Part shown: one piece after another, positions 1-12,523 of the stretch
Numbering within the stretch: position 1 is the first letter of the stretch
How the letters are laid out: every line of letters begins with the position of its first letter
Origin: Octopus vulgaris
Taxonomy: Eukaryota
Assembly: GCA_951406725.2 (NCBI GenBank)
Contig: OX597835.1
Location: 17,360,001-17,424,000 of the forward strand
Length of the DNA: 64,000 nucleotides
Direction of reading: 5' to 3'
Made by a program: the position numbers and the translations under genes
The notes under the pieces: model-generated
The model's input: only the letters and a program-made list of their open reading frames with translations
What the model was told of the DNA's origin: nothing
Database searches by the model: none

Positions 1-274
1 CACTAAACCAGCGTACATTCACACCCACATGCACACACACACACCCACACACGACACTCTCCAAGGTGTTATATATTATTTTGCTCTCAGAGGGCTTATA
101 TATATATATTTATACACAGACAGATAATCTTGATTTGTGTCTGTATGTCAAACTCACAAACTTGTCATTAAATTTATATTTACAATCGCATATCCATTGA
201 AGTGTGTATTTGTGTGTGTTTGTGCTTTCGTCTACTGGTGTGTTTGTAGATATACAAGGGTGTGCGTGTAATCA

Positions 275-310
275 TATACATATGTGTGTCTGCATGTATG
301 TATGCATGTA

Positions 311-357
<47 letters not shown>

Positions 358-574
358 TACATACATATATGTATATATATATATACACACATATATCATA
401 TATATATACACACATATATATATATATATATATATATTCATATATATAAATATATATATGTATAAATGTATATGCATATACTCACTTATACATGCATACA
501 TATATATATATGAATATGTGTGTGCGTACATATATATATATATATATATATATGTATAAATAAATAAATATATA

Positions 575-610
<36 letters not shown>

Positions 611-680
611 TATGTAAATGCATATGCGTATGTAAGTATATAAATATGTTTATGTGTATATCAGTGGTACCTGTATGTAT
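275..680. repeat. Compound (TA)n/(TATG)n microsatellite
   Basis: Visible dinucleotide and tetranucleotide runs; these produce the YIYI-type ORFs. Confidence 0.95.
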
Positions 681-819
681 ATGTATCTTTGTGGGCACTT
701 CTCATATAGAGAAATTAATGTCAATCTGAAGAATTTCCGCACCAAAAGCTCTTCTTTAAATTGAGAAGAACCGAATTTAAAATTCCTTTCGATTTGGAGC
801 ATCTATTTCTGACAGAATT

Positions 820-1000
820 TGCTATGAAACTCGTGGAATTCTACTTAAATCCAGGAAGATAAATAGTGATTAGTTTAGCCGAGAGGAATATAAAACAAAT
901 CTATGGAAATCGACCGAACGTCCGTAAATGTCAGGATTGTTTAGCGAAACTCCCGGTGGGTTATTAAAGATAGAGAAACTGCACTGTTAGCGGTAGCCAT
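820..1000 (+). mobile_element. Highly degraded mariner transposase N-terminal remnant
   Basis: Translation AERNIKQIYGNRPNVRKCQDCLAKL resembles the mariner HTH pattern A.RNI...YG...S.RTCQ.WF.KF. No TIR found. Confidence 0.3.
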
Positions 1001-1223
1001 ATTGAATTCAACGTTCATCATTTTCTTTACTATGTTTTTCATTGTTTTTCAAAGATGACAGCGCAATTTTGAGAGGTGAAATATCTGTTAAAATTGTTAG
1101 TACTGCCAGAAGAGGAAACAACAACAACAACAACAAAAATATAAAATAAAAAAAGCAACAAATAACATATTAAACCAAAATGTTCGGCGTGCATATACGG
1201 ACACGCAGGTATATATATACAGC

Positions 1224-1276
<53 letters not shown>

Positions 1277-1555
1277 GATACCCATGTGTCTGTACACACG
1301 TTTGGTAAGCAAAAACGGACATAATACTCAATACTTAGTATGGAGTTCTGTGCGTATGTTCATCTAACATTTCATATACTACTTCACTTCTACCATAACA
1401 CTCACCTACACACACACATAAACACACACACGCGCCTACGGACACACGCACGCAGGCACAAATATATATAAATACATATATAAATACATATACACATATA
1501 TGAGTATATATATATGTAAATATATATATATATATTATATGTTTGTATATATATA

Positions 1556-1949
1556 CTGGCAGTATCGCCCGGCGTTGCTCGGGTTTGTAAGGGAAATAAC
1601 TATATAAGCATTTTTAGAGAGTTATAGCCAAAAATTAGCAAAAAAATGCATTAAAAATGGAAAAAACTGATGGTAAATTTTTTTAAAAATCGTTGACTCA
1701 TCGTAGACATTTTTAGAGAGTTACTTCCCTTATATAATAGCGAAGAAAATGCATTAAAATGGAAAAAATGATGGTAATTTTTTTTTTAAATCGTAGACTC
1801 ATCGTAGACGCGCGCTAATACCCAGAAGGGCTCGATATGAAACACGACTATAAGATACCCGGTTTTGGTTAAACTGCACCGCAAAATGTGGGAGTAGTTA
1901 GGAATCTAAATCGTAGGAGACAGACACACAACTTGACTTTTATAAATAA

Positions 1950-1952
<3 letters not shown>
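1556..1952 (-). mobile_element. Non-autonomous Helitron
   Basis: On the minus strand it starts A|TCTTTATTTATAAAAG and ends CCCGAGCAACGCCGGG-CGATACTG-CCAG|T: GC hairpin, CTAG-like end, A/T insertion, no TSD. Internal ~100-bp tandem duplication (about 1608-1809). The 3' ~130 bp matches 41065-41189. Confidence 0.75.
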
Positions 1953-1980
<28 letters not shown>

Positions 1981-2033
1981 CGCATATATCTATATATACA
2001 TATATATATAGGTTTATATATACATTTATGTAT

Positions 2034-2249
2034 GTATTCTTTTATTCTTTTACTTGTTTCAGTCATTTGACTACGGCCATGCTGGAGACCCGCCTTTAGT
2101 CGAACAGATCGCCTATAGTATTTATTCTTCGTAAACTTTGTACTTATTGTGTCTTTCCTTTTGCTGAGTCGCTACCTCACGCGGACGTAGACACACGAAC
2201 ATCAGTTGTCAACCGACCGATGGTGGGTGACAATCAGAGACTCACAAAC

Positions 2250-2295
<46 letters not shown>

Positions 2296-2325
2296 ATATA
2301 AATGACACAGTTTCCGTCTACCAAA
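2034..2325 (-). mobile_element. tRNA-derived SINE family A, degraded, head missing
   Basis: Reverse complement of the family A tail (ttttacttgtttcagtcatttgact..ggccatgctggag) and body, through cagtttccgtctaccaaa. Confidence 0.8.
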
Positions 2326-2408
2326 CAGAGCCACGCTGCCTCAGGCTTCGTATTTCCCAGTGTTTTTCTCGTTTTCTTGTTATTTTTGTTGTATTTCTCC
2401 TTACTAAG

Positions 2409-2650
2409 AATATATATATATAAGTAAATATATATATATAAATAAATATATATATATATATATATATATACATACATATATATATATATATACATACATA
2501 TATATATATACATACATATATATATATATACATACATATATATATATACATACATATATATATATATATACATACATATATATATATATATACATACATA
2601 TATATATATATATACATACATATATATATATATACATAATATATATATAT

Positions 2651-2700
<50 letters not shown>
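2409..2700. repeat. (TA)n microsatellite with periodic CATA interruptions
   Basis: Seen directly. Confidence 0.95.
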
Positions 2701-3491
2701 TCAATGTTGGACAAAATAATGGGAACACCATAACATTTCAAAGAAATTAATTTTAATATGGGGTAGAACCACCTTTGACAGTAATTACAGCTTGAATTTT
2801 TCGAGCTATGTTTGAATTGCTTCCAAATGAATTTTTGTCCATTCTTCAGCTAAAACATTTTGCAGTTCTTGTGGTGATGCTGGTGAAGGATATCGACACC
2901 TGATTTGTTTTTCTAAAATGCACCATAAATGTTCAATGATATTGAGATCTGGGGTCTGTGGTGGTCAGATAAGATTTTCAACTTCACTAGAATATTCCTC
3001 GTGCCATTCAGTAATAATTTAGCTGTGTGAATTGGTGCATTATCATCCTGAAATATTGCGTTTCCCTCCCGAAACAGTTCCGCAACGATAGGATGAATTT
3101 GAGGACATAAAATGCTTGAATACTCTTGACTATTAATTCTGTCATGAAGGGAAACCATTGGGCCGGCGGATTTCCAAGATATAGCCCCCGAGATCATCAC
3201 AGATCTTCCTACACGTTTAATAGTTGGAAGAACGCAGTCAGGGTCAAATGCTTCTTTTGGCTGTCTCCGAGAAAATAACTCATCCGAGAAAATAACATTC
3301 ATCCACTGCTCCAGGGACCATTTCTATAGGTTTTACTCCATTCTAAACGCTTTGCGACGTTTGTTTTTGAAAGTAGTGGTTTTCTGATTGCAGCCCTCCC
3401 GAGAAATCCGACTTTATTTGACGGTTTTACAGACATTTCAAAATTATGATGCTAAGATGCTAGGTGTTTCCATTATTTTGTCCAATCCCTG
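2700..3491 (-). mobile_element. Internally deleted Tc1-family DNA transposon with transposase remnant
   Basis: TIRs ttggacaaaataatgggaacacc (about 2707-2729) and ggtgtttccattattttgtccaa (about 3463-3485). The minus-strand ORF 2913-3302 has VIFSDE, SVMISGAISW and FQDDNAPIH, then a frameshift to PPQTPDLNIIEHLW (DD34E-type motifs). Confidence 0.9.
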
Positions 3492-3493
3492 TG

Positions 3494-3563
<70 letters not shown>

Positions 3564-4377
3564 TGATTCAAATATAGTCCCTACATATATTTATGCATGT
3601 ACATACGTCTGTATGTACAAATATTCACAAACACACGTGTATATAGAATCATGTATATGCGTATATATATATAAACACACACACACACATACACGTATAT
3701 ATATATTCATGTATGCATATTTATATACGTTATTACTACTGGCAATGATTTTCCTATGACGTTTCTGTATATCCTTATCATTCCATCCACTCATTTTCTT
3801 TCCCCAAGCAACAAAAATTTCTGTAGTTCCTCAATGCAATCTGCAAAAACGTCTCTAGAACTACACAGAAGCCGTATGATTTATTTCAAAGTAGAATTGT
3901 TATAATCTGTGAGCGCTGAATGAAATACAAAACAATGTGAACCAAATACCAACAACCAACTACCAACTACCAACTACACATGACAAGCCCTGCATACAAC
4001 TAATTTCAACTTAGAATGTTATGGACACTTTTCACTGGAATTCGTGAAAACACTTCTGTCTACGGTCATGTATTAACATGCGTCAGGTCATTATTCGCAG
4101 CTATTTAACTTAAAATGGTCAGTCAGTTTTTTGGTAAAGTGTGAAACTGAACAACTGCAATGTTCAGATGAGGTCCTTCATACCAGTTCTATCGTTTAGT
4201 TTGTGTAACGTACTTTAAACGTAGGCTTATTCAGTGACGTAAACAAATATTCAGTGTTTACGTCTCTCTCTTCATGTATGTATGTATGTATGTATGTATG
4301 TATGTATGTATGTATGTATGTATGTATGTATGTATGTATGTATGTATGTATGTATATACATATACATATATATATAT

Positions 4378-4777
4378 AGGCGCAGGAGTGGCTGTGTGGT
4401 AAGTAGCTTGCTAACCAACCACATGGTTCCGGGTTCAGTCCCACTGCGTGGCATCTTGGGCAAGTGTCTTCTGCTATAGCCTCGGGCTGACCAAAACCTT
4501 GTGAGTGGATTTGGTAGACGGAAACTGAAAGAAGCCTGTCGTATATATGTATATATATATATATATATGTGTGTGTATATGTTTGTGTGTCTGCATTGCT
4601 TGACAACCGATGCTGGTGTGTTTACGTCCCCGTCACTTAGCGGTTCGGTAAAAGAGACCGATAGAATAAGTACTGGGCTTACAAAGAATAAGTCCCGGGG
4701 TCGATTTGCTCGACTAAAGGTGGTGCTCCAACATTGCCGCAGTCAAATGACTGAAAGAAGTAAAAGAGTTAAAGAAT
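4378..4777 (+). mobile_element. tRNA-derived SINE family A, full length
   Basis: A box TGGCTGTGTGG, B box GGTTCAGTCCC, internal TA/TG tract, and 3' tail gcagtcaaatgactgaaa...gtaaaagag. Many copies in the window. Confidence 0.9.
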
Positions 4778-4910
4778 ATATATAGATATAAATATGTATA
4801 TATACATATATATAGGCATACATATACATACACACACTCATATATACATATATATAACAATTTAATAAATAAAACATATGCATACATACATACATACATA
4901 CATACATACA

Positions 4911-4943
<33 letters not shown>

Positions 4944-4981
4944 GTACACACCTACATCTATATGTATATATACATGAATAT

Positions 4982-5139
4982 ATGAGTACAGGACACCACA
5001 AATAAACGCAGAACACAATGAGAGACGAAAATATAGAAACAAAACAAGGAAACGAACTTTTTTTTAACAACGAAAAAACAGAATACAAGGCAAACAACAG
5101 AGGGAACATTCCCCTTCTTCAGCTGCCCTTGTTTCGACT
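4982..5139 (-). mobile_element. Short interspersed repeat with T-rich tail and partial CTGAAGA motif (PLE-terminal-repeat-like)
   Basis: Minus strand gcagCTGAAGAaggggaa followed by a T-rich tail; flanked by TA tracts. No complete ribozyme core. Confidence 0.3.
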
Positions 5140-5411
5140 ATATATATATGTATATATATATATATAGATATATAATTACATAGACAGATAGATATGATTG
5201 TCAGGTAGTCATATGAGAGTTTCTCTCATGGTAATTACCTGCAGTATATCTTGTTCTAATACATATATCTATGTATATATGTATATATATATTTATATAC
5301 ATATATATATATATACATATATACATATATACATATATACATATATATACACAGACATAGGCAAACACACACACACACATACACATGCACACTCGTATAT
5401 ACGAACATATA

Positions 5412-5616
5412 TACGAGAGGGCGATGAAGAGCTCCTGGCTTTTGGTAAAAGTAAATATAGGAAGATCAGTTAATTATTCAGCATATTTTATTCAACCTAT
5501 TCCCCTCTGAAATTCACACTTCTACCAAAGCAATTCTCCAGTTTTTCTAAGTCCTGTAAAAGGACTCGGAACTTTGGGCCTCCAGCTAACCCTTTCACGA
5601 TATTCTTAAAGCCAGG
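5412..5616 (-). mobile_element. Mariner-derived MITE-like remnant
   Basis: Left end TAcgagaggg...cctggcttt and partial inverted match aaagccagg at about 5608-5616. The minus strand encodes a frameshifted mariner C-terminus (..KLE..W/F.KCVNFRGE.VE*-like). Confidence 0.55.
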
Positions 5617-5617
5617 C

Positions 5618-5691
5618 CCAAGGTGCCACGCATTGGGACTGAATCCGGAACTAAGTGGTTGGTAGGCAAGCTACTTACCACACACCCACTC
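5618..5691 (-). mobile_element. SINE family A head fragment
   Basis: caaggtgccacgcattgggactgaatccggaact...gctacttaccacac is the reverse complement of the family A head. Confidence 0.8.
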
Positions 5692-6769
5692 ATACATATA
5701 TATATAACAAATATACACATATGTATATATATATAGATATATTATATATATGGATATATGTATATGTGCATATATATATATATATATATATACGTACACA
5801 CACACACATATATATATATATACATATGTATGCATATATGTACATATATGCACGTATAAGAGCAATTGTATAAGTGAGACCTATATCAAAAATTTCAAAC
5901 TATCACACATCCATATTGCAATTCTTGTACATAAAAAGTTTTCTTTCTGAAGAACGCAACAGTGGAAAACTGTAAAATATCGCTCGACTGCTTTATTATA
6001 CCCTTTCTGTCTATTTGATTTTATGTATTTCTGCTGTTTCCACATCAGAAATAACTTCACAGTAAAACTACCTATATCGAGTTTAGTTATACGTAAATCG
6101 TAAATTTATTTTAAAGTATGATCATCCATAAAATTTGTTTTTGATCGTTCTTTCTTGTCATTTGAAATTAGCAGAATGCCTGAAAACTATGTCGATATGA
6201 AACGGCGAAGAAAGAAGAAAAAAAGTTTCACTAGTTTTATAAGAGTATATGCCGTTAAAATTTTAGTTTATAAGAGAATACCGTTAGCATACTAAACGTA
6301 ATAAACAGCACTTAGGCGGTAATTATTGTTTTAATAGTCCCATTACTTCAGATGCCAAAAGAACCAATTATAATCTTCACTGCAGAAATGGCAAACGAAC
6401 TGTTTTTCAAGAATTTCACCTATACCAGCACCAGTATGCTATATGCTGTAAAACTTTTCAATGATTTATAGGGTTATTTACAATCGGTTTTCTGCCTCTT
6501 TCTTTTCTGTTTTTCTTTCCTCTTACAAATTTTTCATCAATAACCTGTAAGCAGACGATCGCACATATTTATCATTCGTATTTCGTGCTTTCATCTTCTG
6601 CCCTGCGCTTGTCGCTATTTTTACAGTGGAACGGCATTTCAATAAATAAAATCATTAGATAAACATCTAGAAACCGCTTTAATTTCGAGTGCATTGATTA
6701 TTTTGCATTTTCTTCTTTATACTCGGAATCCAGAAAAGCGGAAAATATGACATTTATCAAGATATACTA

Positions 6770-6844
6770 ACAGCAACAACAACAACTCAAACAACACAGC
6801 CATCACCCCACTCCCATCACAACCGCCTCATCACCATCACCACC

Positions 6845-6875
<31 letters not shown>

Positions 6876-6926
6876 GTGGTGTTGCTGCTGCTATTGCTTC
6901 TGCTGCCACCACCTCCACTACTACTA

Positions 6927-6977
<51 letters not shown>

Positions 6978-6993
6978 GTGTTGCTGCTGCTGA

Positions 6994-7055
<62 letters not shown>

Positions 7056-7074
7056 GTGGTGTTGCTGCTGCTGA

Positions 7075-7136
<62 letters not shown>

Positions 7137-7152
7137 GTGTTGCTGCTGCTGA

Positions 7153-7201
<49 letters not shown>

Positions 7202-7245
7202 GTCTCCCACCAACGGCAACAACAAACGCAATAATAGCATAATAA
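6770..7245. repeat. Compound (CTA)n(CTG)n trinucleotide array with higher-order unit
   Basis: The unit (cta)n(ctg)n-gtg(gtg)ttg-(ctg)3-ata/cta occurs four times. Confidence 0.95.
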
Positions 7246-7555
7246 AAGGCCCATCCTTGAAATAAAGAGAGAATAACGCGAAGAACACAAATTTCCTTTC
7301 TTTAAGCATATTGGAAATATTTTGTTCGAGAATATTGTTTGCCTCTATTGGTTCCGACCAACTTAATGGTACCATACTCTGTTGACTCATACTACCAAAG
7401 TCAAGTTGTTTTTTTATCCTTTACTTTAAGACAACTCAGTTACAGAAATTAACAAACTTTTTAAACCCCCGAATTGATCCAGGCAGAGGAAAGGTTGTAT
7501 GTTTTAAACGGAAGGACAAAATGTGTTCTTGTGGAATTCTAGTCATAGATGTGGT

Positions 7556-7773
7556 ATATTGCTTTCAAATTTTGGTTCAATACCTGCAGTTTTGGGCGAG
7601 GAAGTGAGTCGATTTCATCAACCTCAGTACTCAAATGATGCTAATGTTATCGATCCCGACGGGACGAAAGGCAAAGTCGACCTCGGTGACATATGAGCTC
7701 AGGACGTTATGAAGGATGAAATGCCACCAAGCATTTACTCGGCGTGCTAACGGTTCTCTCAGCTTGTCACCTT
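7556..7773 (-). mobile_element. tRNA-derived SINE family B, degraded
   Basis: gaaaggcaaagtcgacctcgg and cggcgtgctaacg..tct..cagct match the reverse complement of family B (reference copy 25118-25338). Confidence 0.8.
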
Positions 7774-8924
7774 ATATATATAGATAGATATATTGACTTT
7801 GTTAACAACACCAGGTGGCTTTTATCAGTTTTTGAAGGAGTCCACTCCGCTGCACGCGCCAGGGACCGTTATTAATATAAGGTTTTTTGTAGAAATAACT
7901 TTCATTGAACTGCTGATTATAAATCTATTGCGTTGCAATTAGGAGAAAAAGGTGTATAGGTGTTTATTACAACAAGAGAAACATGATGATTATGATCAAC
8001 AACAATAACAATAAAAAGCAAAGACAACAACAACAATAACAGCTATGGTGCTTTCTGATTTAAACACAAGGCCCGTACTTTTGAGTGGAGGGTGTATGTT
8101 GATTCTATTGAATTGAATTCTTAACTAGTACGTTGTTTTATCGACTTCATAGGTAAAAACATTGATTAAAAGGAATCAATTCCTTTTAATCTAGCCATTC
8201 ATCTAATATGATACCATTTTGATTTCAGTATGATTGGTCAGTGAGACAGACGTGTCCTGATTCAATTAAAGATTTTTTTTCCACTACCAAGTATATAAAA
8301 CAAGTTATTCCCTTAAATTCTGAAAGGGCCATTCTAAATTTAAAATGATACTAGAAATATAGCATACTATATTTCAAAGCAATACCCGCCGTCATGATCT
8401 CTCATCTAGAACATACTCTAAGGAGCACTATCTGACACCGAATTCTTCAGTTCGCTACAGCAAAGCGTACTGGTAAAATCTTGAACAAAGCTACATAGAA
8501 GTGTTTTACCCTAGGTGAATTTGTACTGCAACTAAATGCACATAAATGCTACAGCAAAGGACATTAGGACATTTATGCAGCTGAAACACGTACGTGTCGG
8601 ATTGAATTGTAATGTGAATTTAATGAGAACGATATTGTTATAAATAAATATTTGCATGTAAAATCTCCTTTCTTCTTTATGATGACTTCATTATATATGT
8701 TATATAAGTTACGAGCAAAAGCCAGACAGAACGGATTTTATATAATAGATGTATGAAACCCAATGAAGAAAACTGAGGATTTACCTATCAATAGAAGTAA
8801 CATTGAATCACCTAACTCAAAGTATTCTGTATGTTCTGAATTATTCGATGTTGTTAACAACATCTAGGTTATATGAGATTAATGATAAGGCACCTGTATA
8901 GATTACAAATCCTTATTCGTTTTC

Positions 8925-9062
8925 GGAACAGCTATGCAGATTCGTTAGCAGGCCATGCAAAATTCTTAGAGATATTTCGTCCAAGCTTTCGTACAGAGTT
9001 CAAATTTCACTGAAGTCGACGTTGCTTTTCTTCCTTTTGTATTCGATAAAATAAGAACCGGT
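8925..9062 (+). mobile_element. SINE family B, degraded 5' part
   Basis: gcagattcgttagca...gagttcaaatttc..gaagtcgac.ttgctttt. Confidence 0.7.
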
Positions 9063-9369
9063 TTTTCATGTCTCTGCCAATCCATGTGTCAAGCCACGCA
9101 AATGTGGCGAAGCAAATTCAAACGACCAGTATGATCTCAAGCTCATATTAACAGCTTCGAAATCAGACCGTGGTTGATGGAGAGGACATGCTGAGGCGAT
9201 CGTCCTAGAGACGATTGAGCATAGCAATTCAAATCCAGATTCAAATCTAATCTACATCCAATCATAAACCACTCAAATCGAATCGCCCAATCCTAAATAT
9301 ATATATATATATATATATACATATATATATACATATATATATAGATATACACACACATACACATATAAA

Positions 9370-9433
<64 letters not shown>

Positions 9434-9869
9434 TGGCAGGGCAAGACTGCTAGGTAGTCGGCCGTATGCTAGAAATAGATCATCAACGATCAAACTACAA
9501 AGAAAGTTCTCTAGAGGAAAAATTCAGCGAACACCAGAACCAAATTTGGCGGGCAGGACAGATGAAAATTTATATAAAAAACAGGTGTGTGGGGTGTTTA
9601 TATATATATATGTATATATACATATATTTATATATATATATATATATACATAGACGTATGTGTACTGGTTTACTGTTTAAAGTGGATTATCTACATGAGT
9701 CATGCAAAGGCTTAGAGTTAAGGGTCGCTCTTGGACGAACCTTAGGAATTCATATACATAAGTATATGTATATTATATGTGTATGTGCATATATATATAT
9801 ATATACATATATTTATGTCTATATATACACACATACATATATATTTATATATATATATAAATATAATAT

Positions 9870-10005
9870 AATTCGAGACAAAACCACTATTTTAAAACCA
9901 AACAAGGAAAGACTTAATCAATACATAAAATTTTAATATAAATTAAATAACCCTAAATCTGATTTTTCCCTGTAATTTTGGATTTATTCCCTAATATTTA
10001 TTATT
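9870..10005 (-). mobile_element. Short repeat related to 61790-61990, lacking the ribozyme segment
   Basis: Shares gagacaaaaccactatt...aaacaa.gaaa.acttaa.caatacataa with 61795-61855; flanked by (TA)n. Confidence 0.6.
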
Positions 10006-10035
10006 ATATATATAAATATATATATACATATATGT

Positions 10036-10085
<50 letters not shown>

Positions 10086-10095
10086 CTATGTATAT

Positions 10096-10126
<31 letters not shown>

Positions 10127-10537
10127 CACATACATATATATCATTGTATGGTATATGACAGGTTACGTGGGATATTTACTGAAGGTGAGGAAAAGTGCCC
10201 GGCAATGAGATGACTCCGCACAAACTTCACTTTAGTTACACACAACCAGTCATTAGTTGGCAATTTAAAATTGTATTTACATTAACACTCTGTTTGCCCC
10301 ATTAACTTCGCCGGGCTTCAGTGCTGCTCAAACACTTGATATCGATTACCTATGACCTGTGATCATCTATTAACATCTACGTAGGCTATACAGACGCTCA
10401 TGATGTGGATGACGTGTGTTTGTGTATGTTTATATACCCGTGTATGTGTGTACGTATGTATGTGTGTATATGCATATACGTATATGTATATATATATATA
10501 TGCATATGTATGTATAAATGTATACGCGTATATGGTC

Positions 10538-10571
<34 letters not shown>

Positions 10572-11471
10572 GTATGTATGCAATTATGTATAGATGTATA
10601 CATATATATACATGTCTGTGTGTGTGTATATATTTATACATATATATTTACATATATGTATATAAACATACATGTATACATACATACATATAAGCACATA
10701 TATACATATTGTATATTTTTATATGTATACAGAAAGACACGCATATATATATATATACACATGCATATATATACATATATATGCGTGTGTGTGAATGTCT
10801 ACGCGTGTGTGTATGTGTGTGAATGTGTGTGCGTGTGCGTGTGTGTAATATATCATATACGTTTCATACCCCACACACACACACACAAACACACACACAT
10901 ATATATGTTGCCTTCGTTTATAGCCCATTTCACAACGACCACAATGTTCAGTTACAGCGAAGATCGCTATATTTTTACATTATTTCTGCATGAAGATTTC
11001 GTGTAAGGAACACATGAATATTAATCGAAGACCCGGAAACTCTGCCATTAACACGCAACGACTACAAGATTACCAATCTCTCGCTAATGGCAAAGGAAAG
11101 TGATAAAAAATGGCGGCCGTGAAAATTTTGATGTCTTTTTTGTTTTTATTTATCAGAAGCAAACAAGTAGCTAAACAGAACAAAACTGAAAAAAATCCAC
11201 TTAAGAATGAGTTTGCAATGATATAATTTTGTGTGCGATGGATGGGAAGCAAGTTCTGACTCCTCTGTACTTCATATCGTTTCCCTCTTCAAAGAACTGT
11301 GGGGATGACAGGTTTAAAGTCAAACTGTATTGTTCTTTCTTCCTTTTATGGAATCATTTGCAAAGACAAAAGCCAAGTTTAGTCTTAACAGGACGTTTAC
11401 TCAAACCTGAGAGCGAAGAACTCAATATCATAAAATATTTGATTATCCCGTCTCTTATAATTGTCCTCTCA

Positions 11472-11689
11472 CATTGGTTTAAAATTTTGGGGTAAGGCCA
11501 ACAATTATGGGTGGGAGGCTAAGTCGAAATAACTAACCCCAGTGCTCAAGTGGCATTTATTTTCTCGACCCCGAAAGGATAAATCACAAAGTCGACTTCG
11601 GCCGAATTTGAACTCAAAACGTTAAGACGGAAGAACTTCCGTTAAGCATTTTGCCTGTCGTGCTAACCTATCAGCCAGCTCCCCGCTTT
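11472..11689 (-). mobile_element. SINE family B
   Basis: tcgaccccgaaaggat...aaagtcgacttcggccgaatttgaactc...cgtgctaac...gccagctc. Confidence 0.85.
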
Positions 11690-12139
11690 AGCATATGAAC
11701 ATTGCCACGGACTCTTCTGAGAACAAGAGAGCTGAGCGTCTAAAATGTTCATTAATCGCCGTCGTTCGACGATGAAGTTTCAGTTGTTTGATTGCCACTG
11801 AATAATTACCAGTTCGTCATTTGACGCGTTAGTGGCTGAGTAATCCATAGGTACACCTTCAGTGAGAAGCGGTATTCAAATTATGACCACATTCATCACC
11901 AGAATATTCATTTTCCGCACGTGAAAAGATATTTGCTGACATTGTCATTTCCTCCACAGTAAGGTTTCTCCATACATACACACATCCATCCATTCATACA
12001 TACATATACATACACATGCAAACGCACACATATATTTATACATACATATATATATATATGTGTATATATATATTTAGATATATATACGTATACATACATA
12101 TATTTGTACTGAGTACGGATCCGTCTAAATTGTTGCATA

Positions 12140-12273
12140 TTCTGAAATTACATGACGGATAATTGTCCTCATCTTGTTTGTTGTTAAGACAATATTTCGG
12201 CTGATGTACTCTCCAGCCTTCATCAGGTGTCCTGCGGGAATTTCGAACCTGGGTTCTCATTCCTAAGATAGGC

Positions 12274-12315
<42 letters not shown>

Positions 12316-12358
12316 CATCATCATCATTATCATTATAATTATTATTATTATTACCATT

Positions 12359-12390
<32 letters not shown>

Positions 12391-12398
12391 TTTAATTA

Positions 12399-12441
<43 letters not shown>

Positions 12442-12523
12442 TGTCACTGCCTGGAATCGAACTCTGAATCTTGGGGTTAGTAGCCCGCGCTCTTAACCAC
12501 TACGCCATATTCCCCAGGGCATA
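12140..12523 (-). mobile_element. Composite element: tRNA-like head, (AAT/GAT)n tract, hammerhead-bearing tail
   Basis: Minus strand: A box TGGCGTAGTGG (12497-12507), anticodon-like loop ggg-CTACTAA-ccc, B box GAGTTCGATTCC (12453-12464), microsatellite (12274-12440), then gacacCTGATGAaggctg..cagccGAAA. Confidence 0.7.
12186..12231 (-). ncRNA. Minimal type I hammerhead ribozyme motif (stems I and III decayed)
   Basis: CTGATGA-a-GGCTG(10 nt)CAGCC-GAAA. The following tatt-gtctt is a weak stem III/I, compatible with CpG decay of cgtt. Confidence 0.55.

Noticed and set aside
6803-7390. 195-aa poly-Ser ORF preceded by a hydrophobic stretch
   Set aside because: Explained by the CTA/CTG array; several frames are open and there is no splice or homology support.
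9062-9225. Possible RTE C-terminal remnant (DRG*WR)
   Set aside because: Only one short motif, too weak to call.
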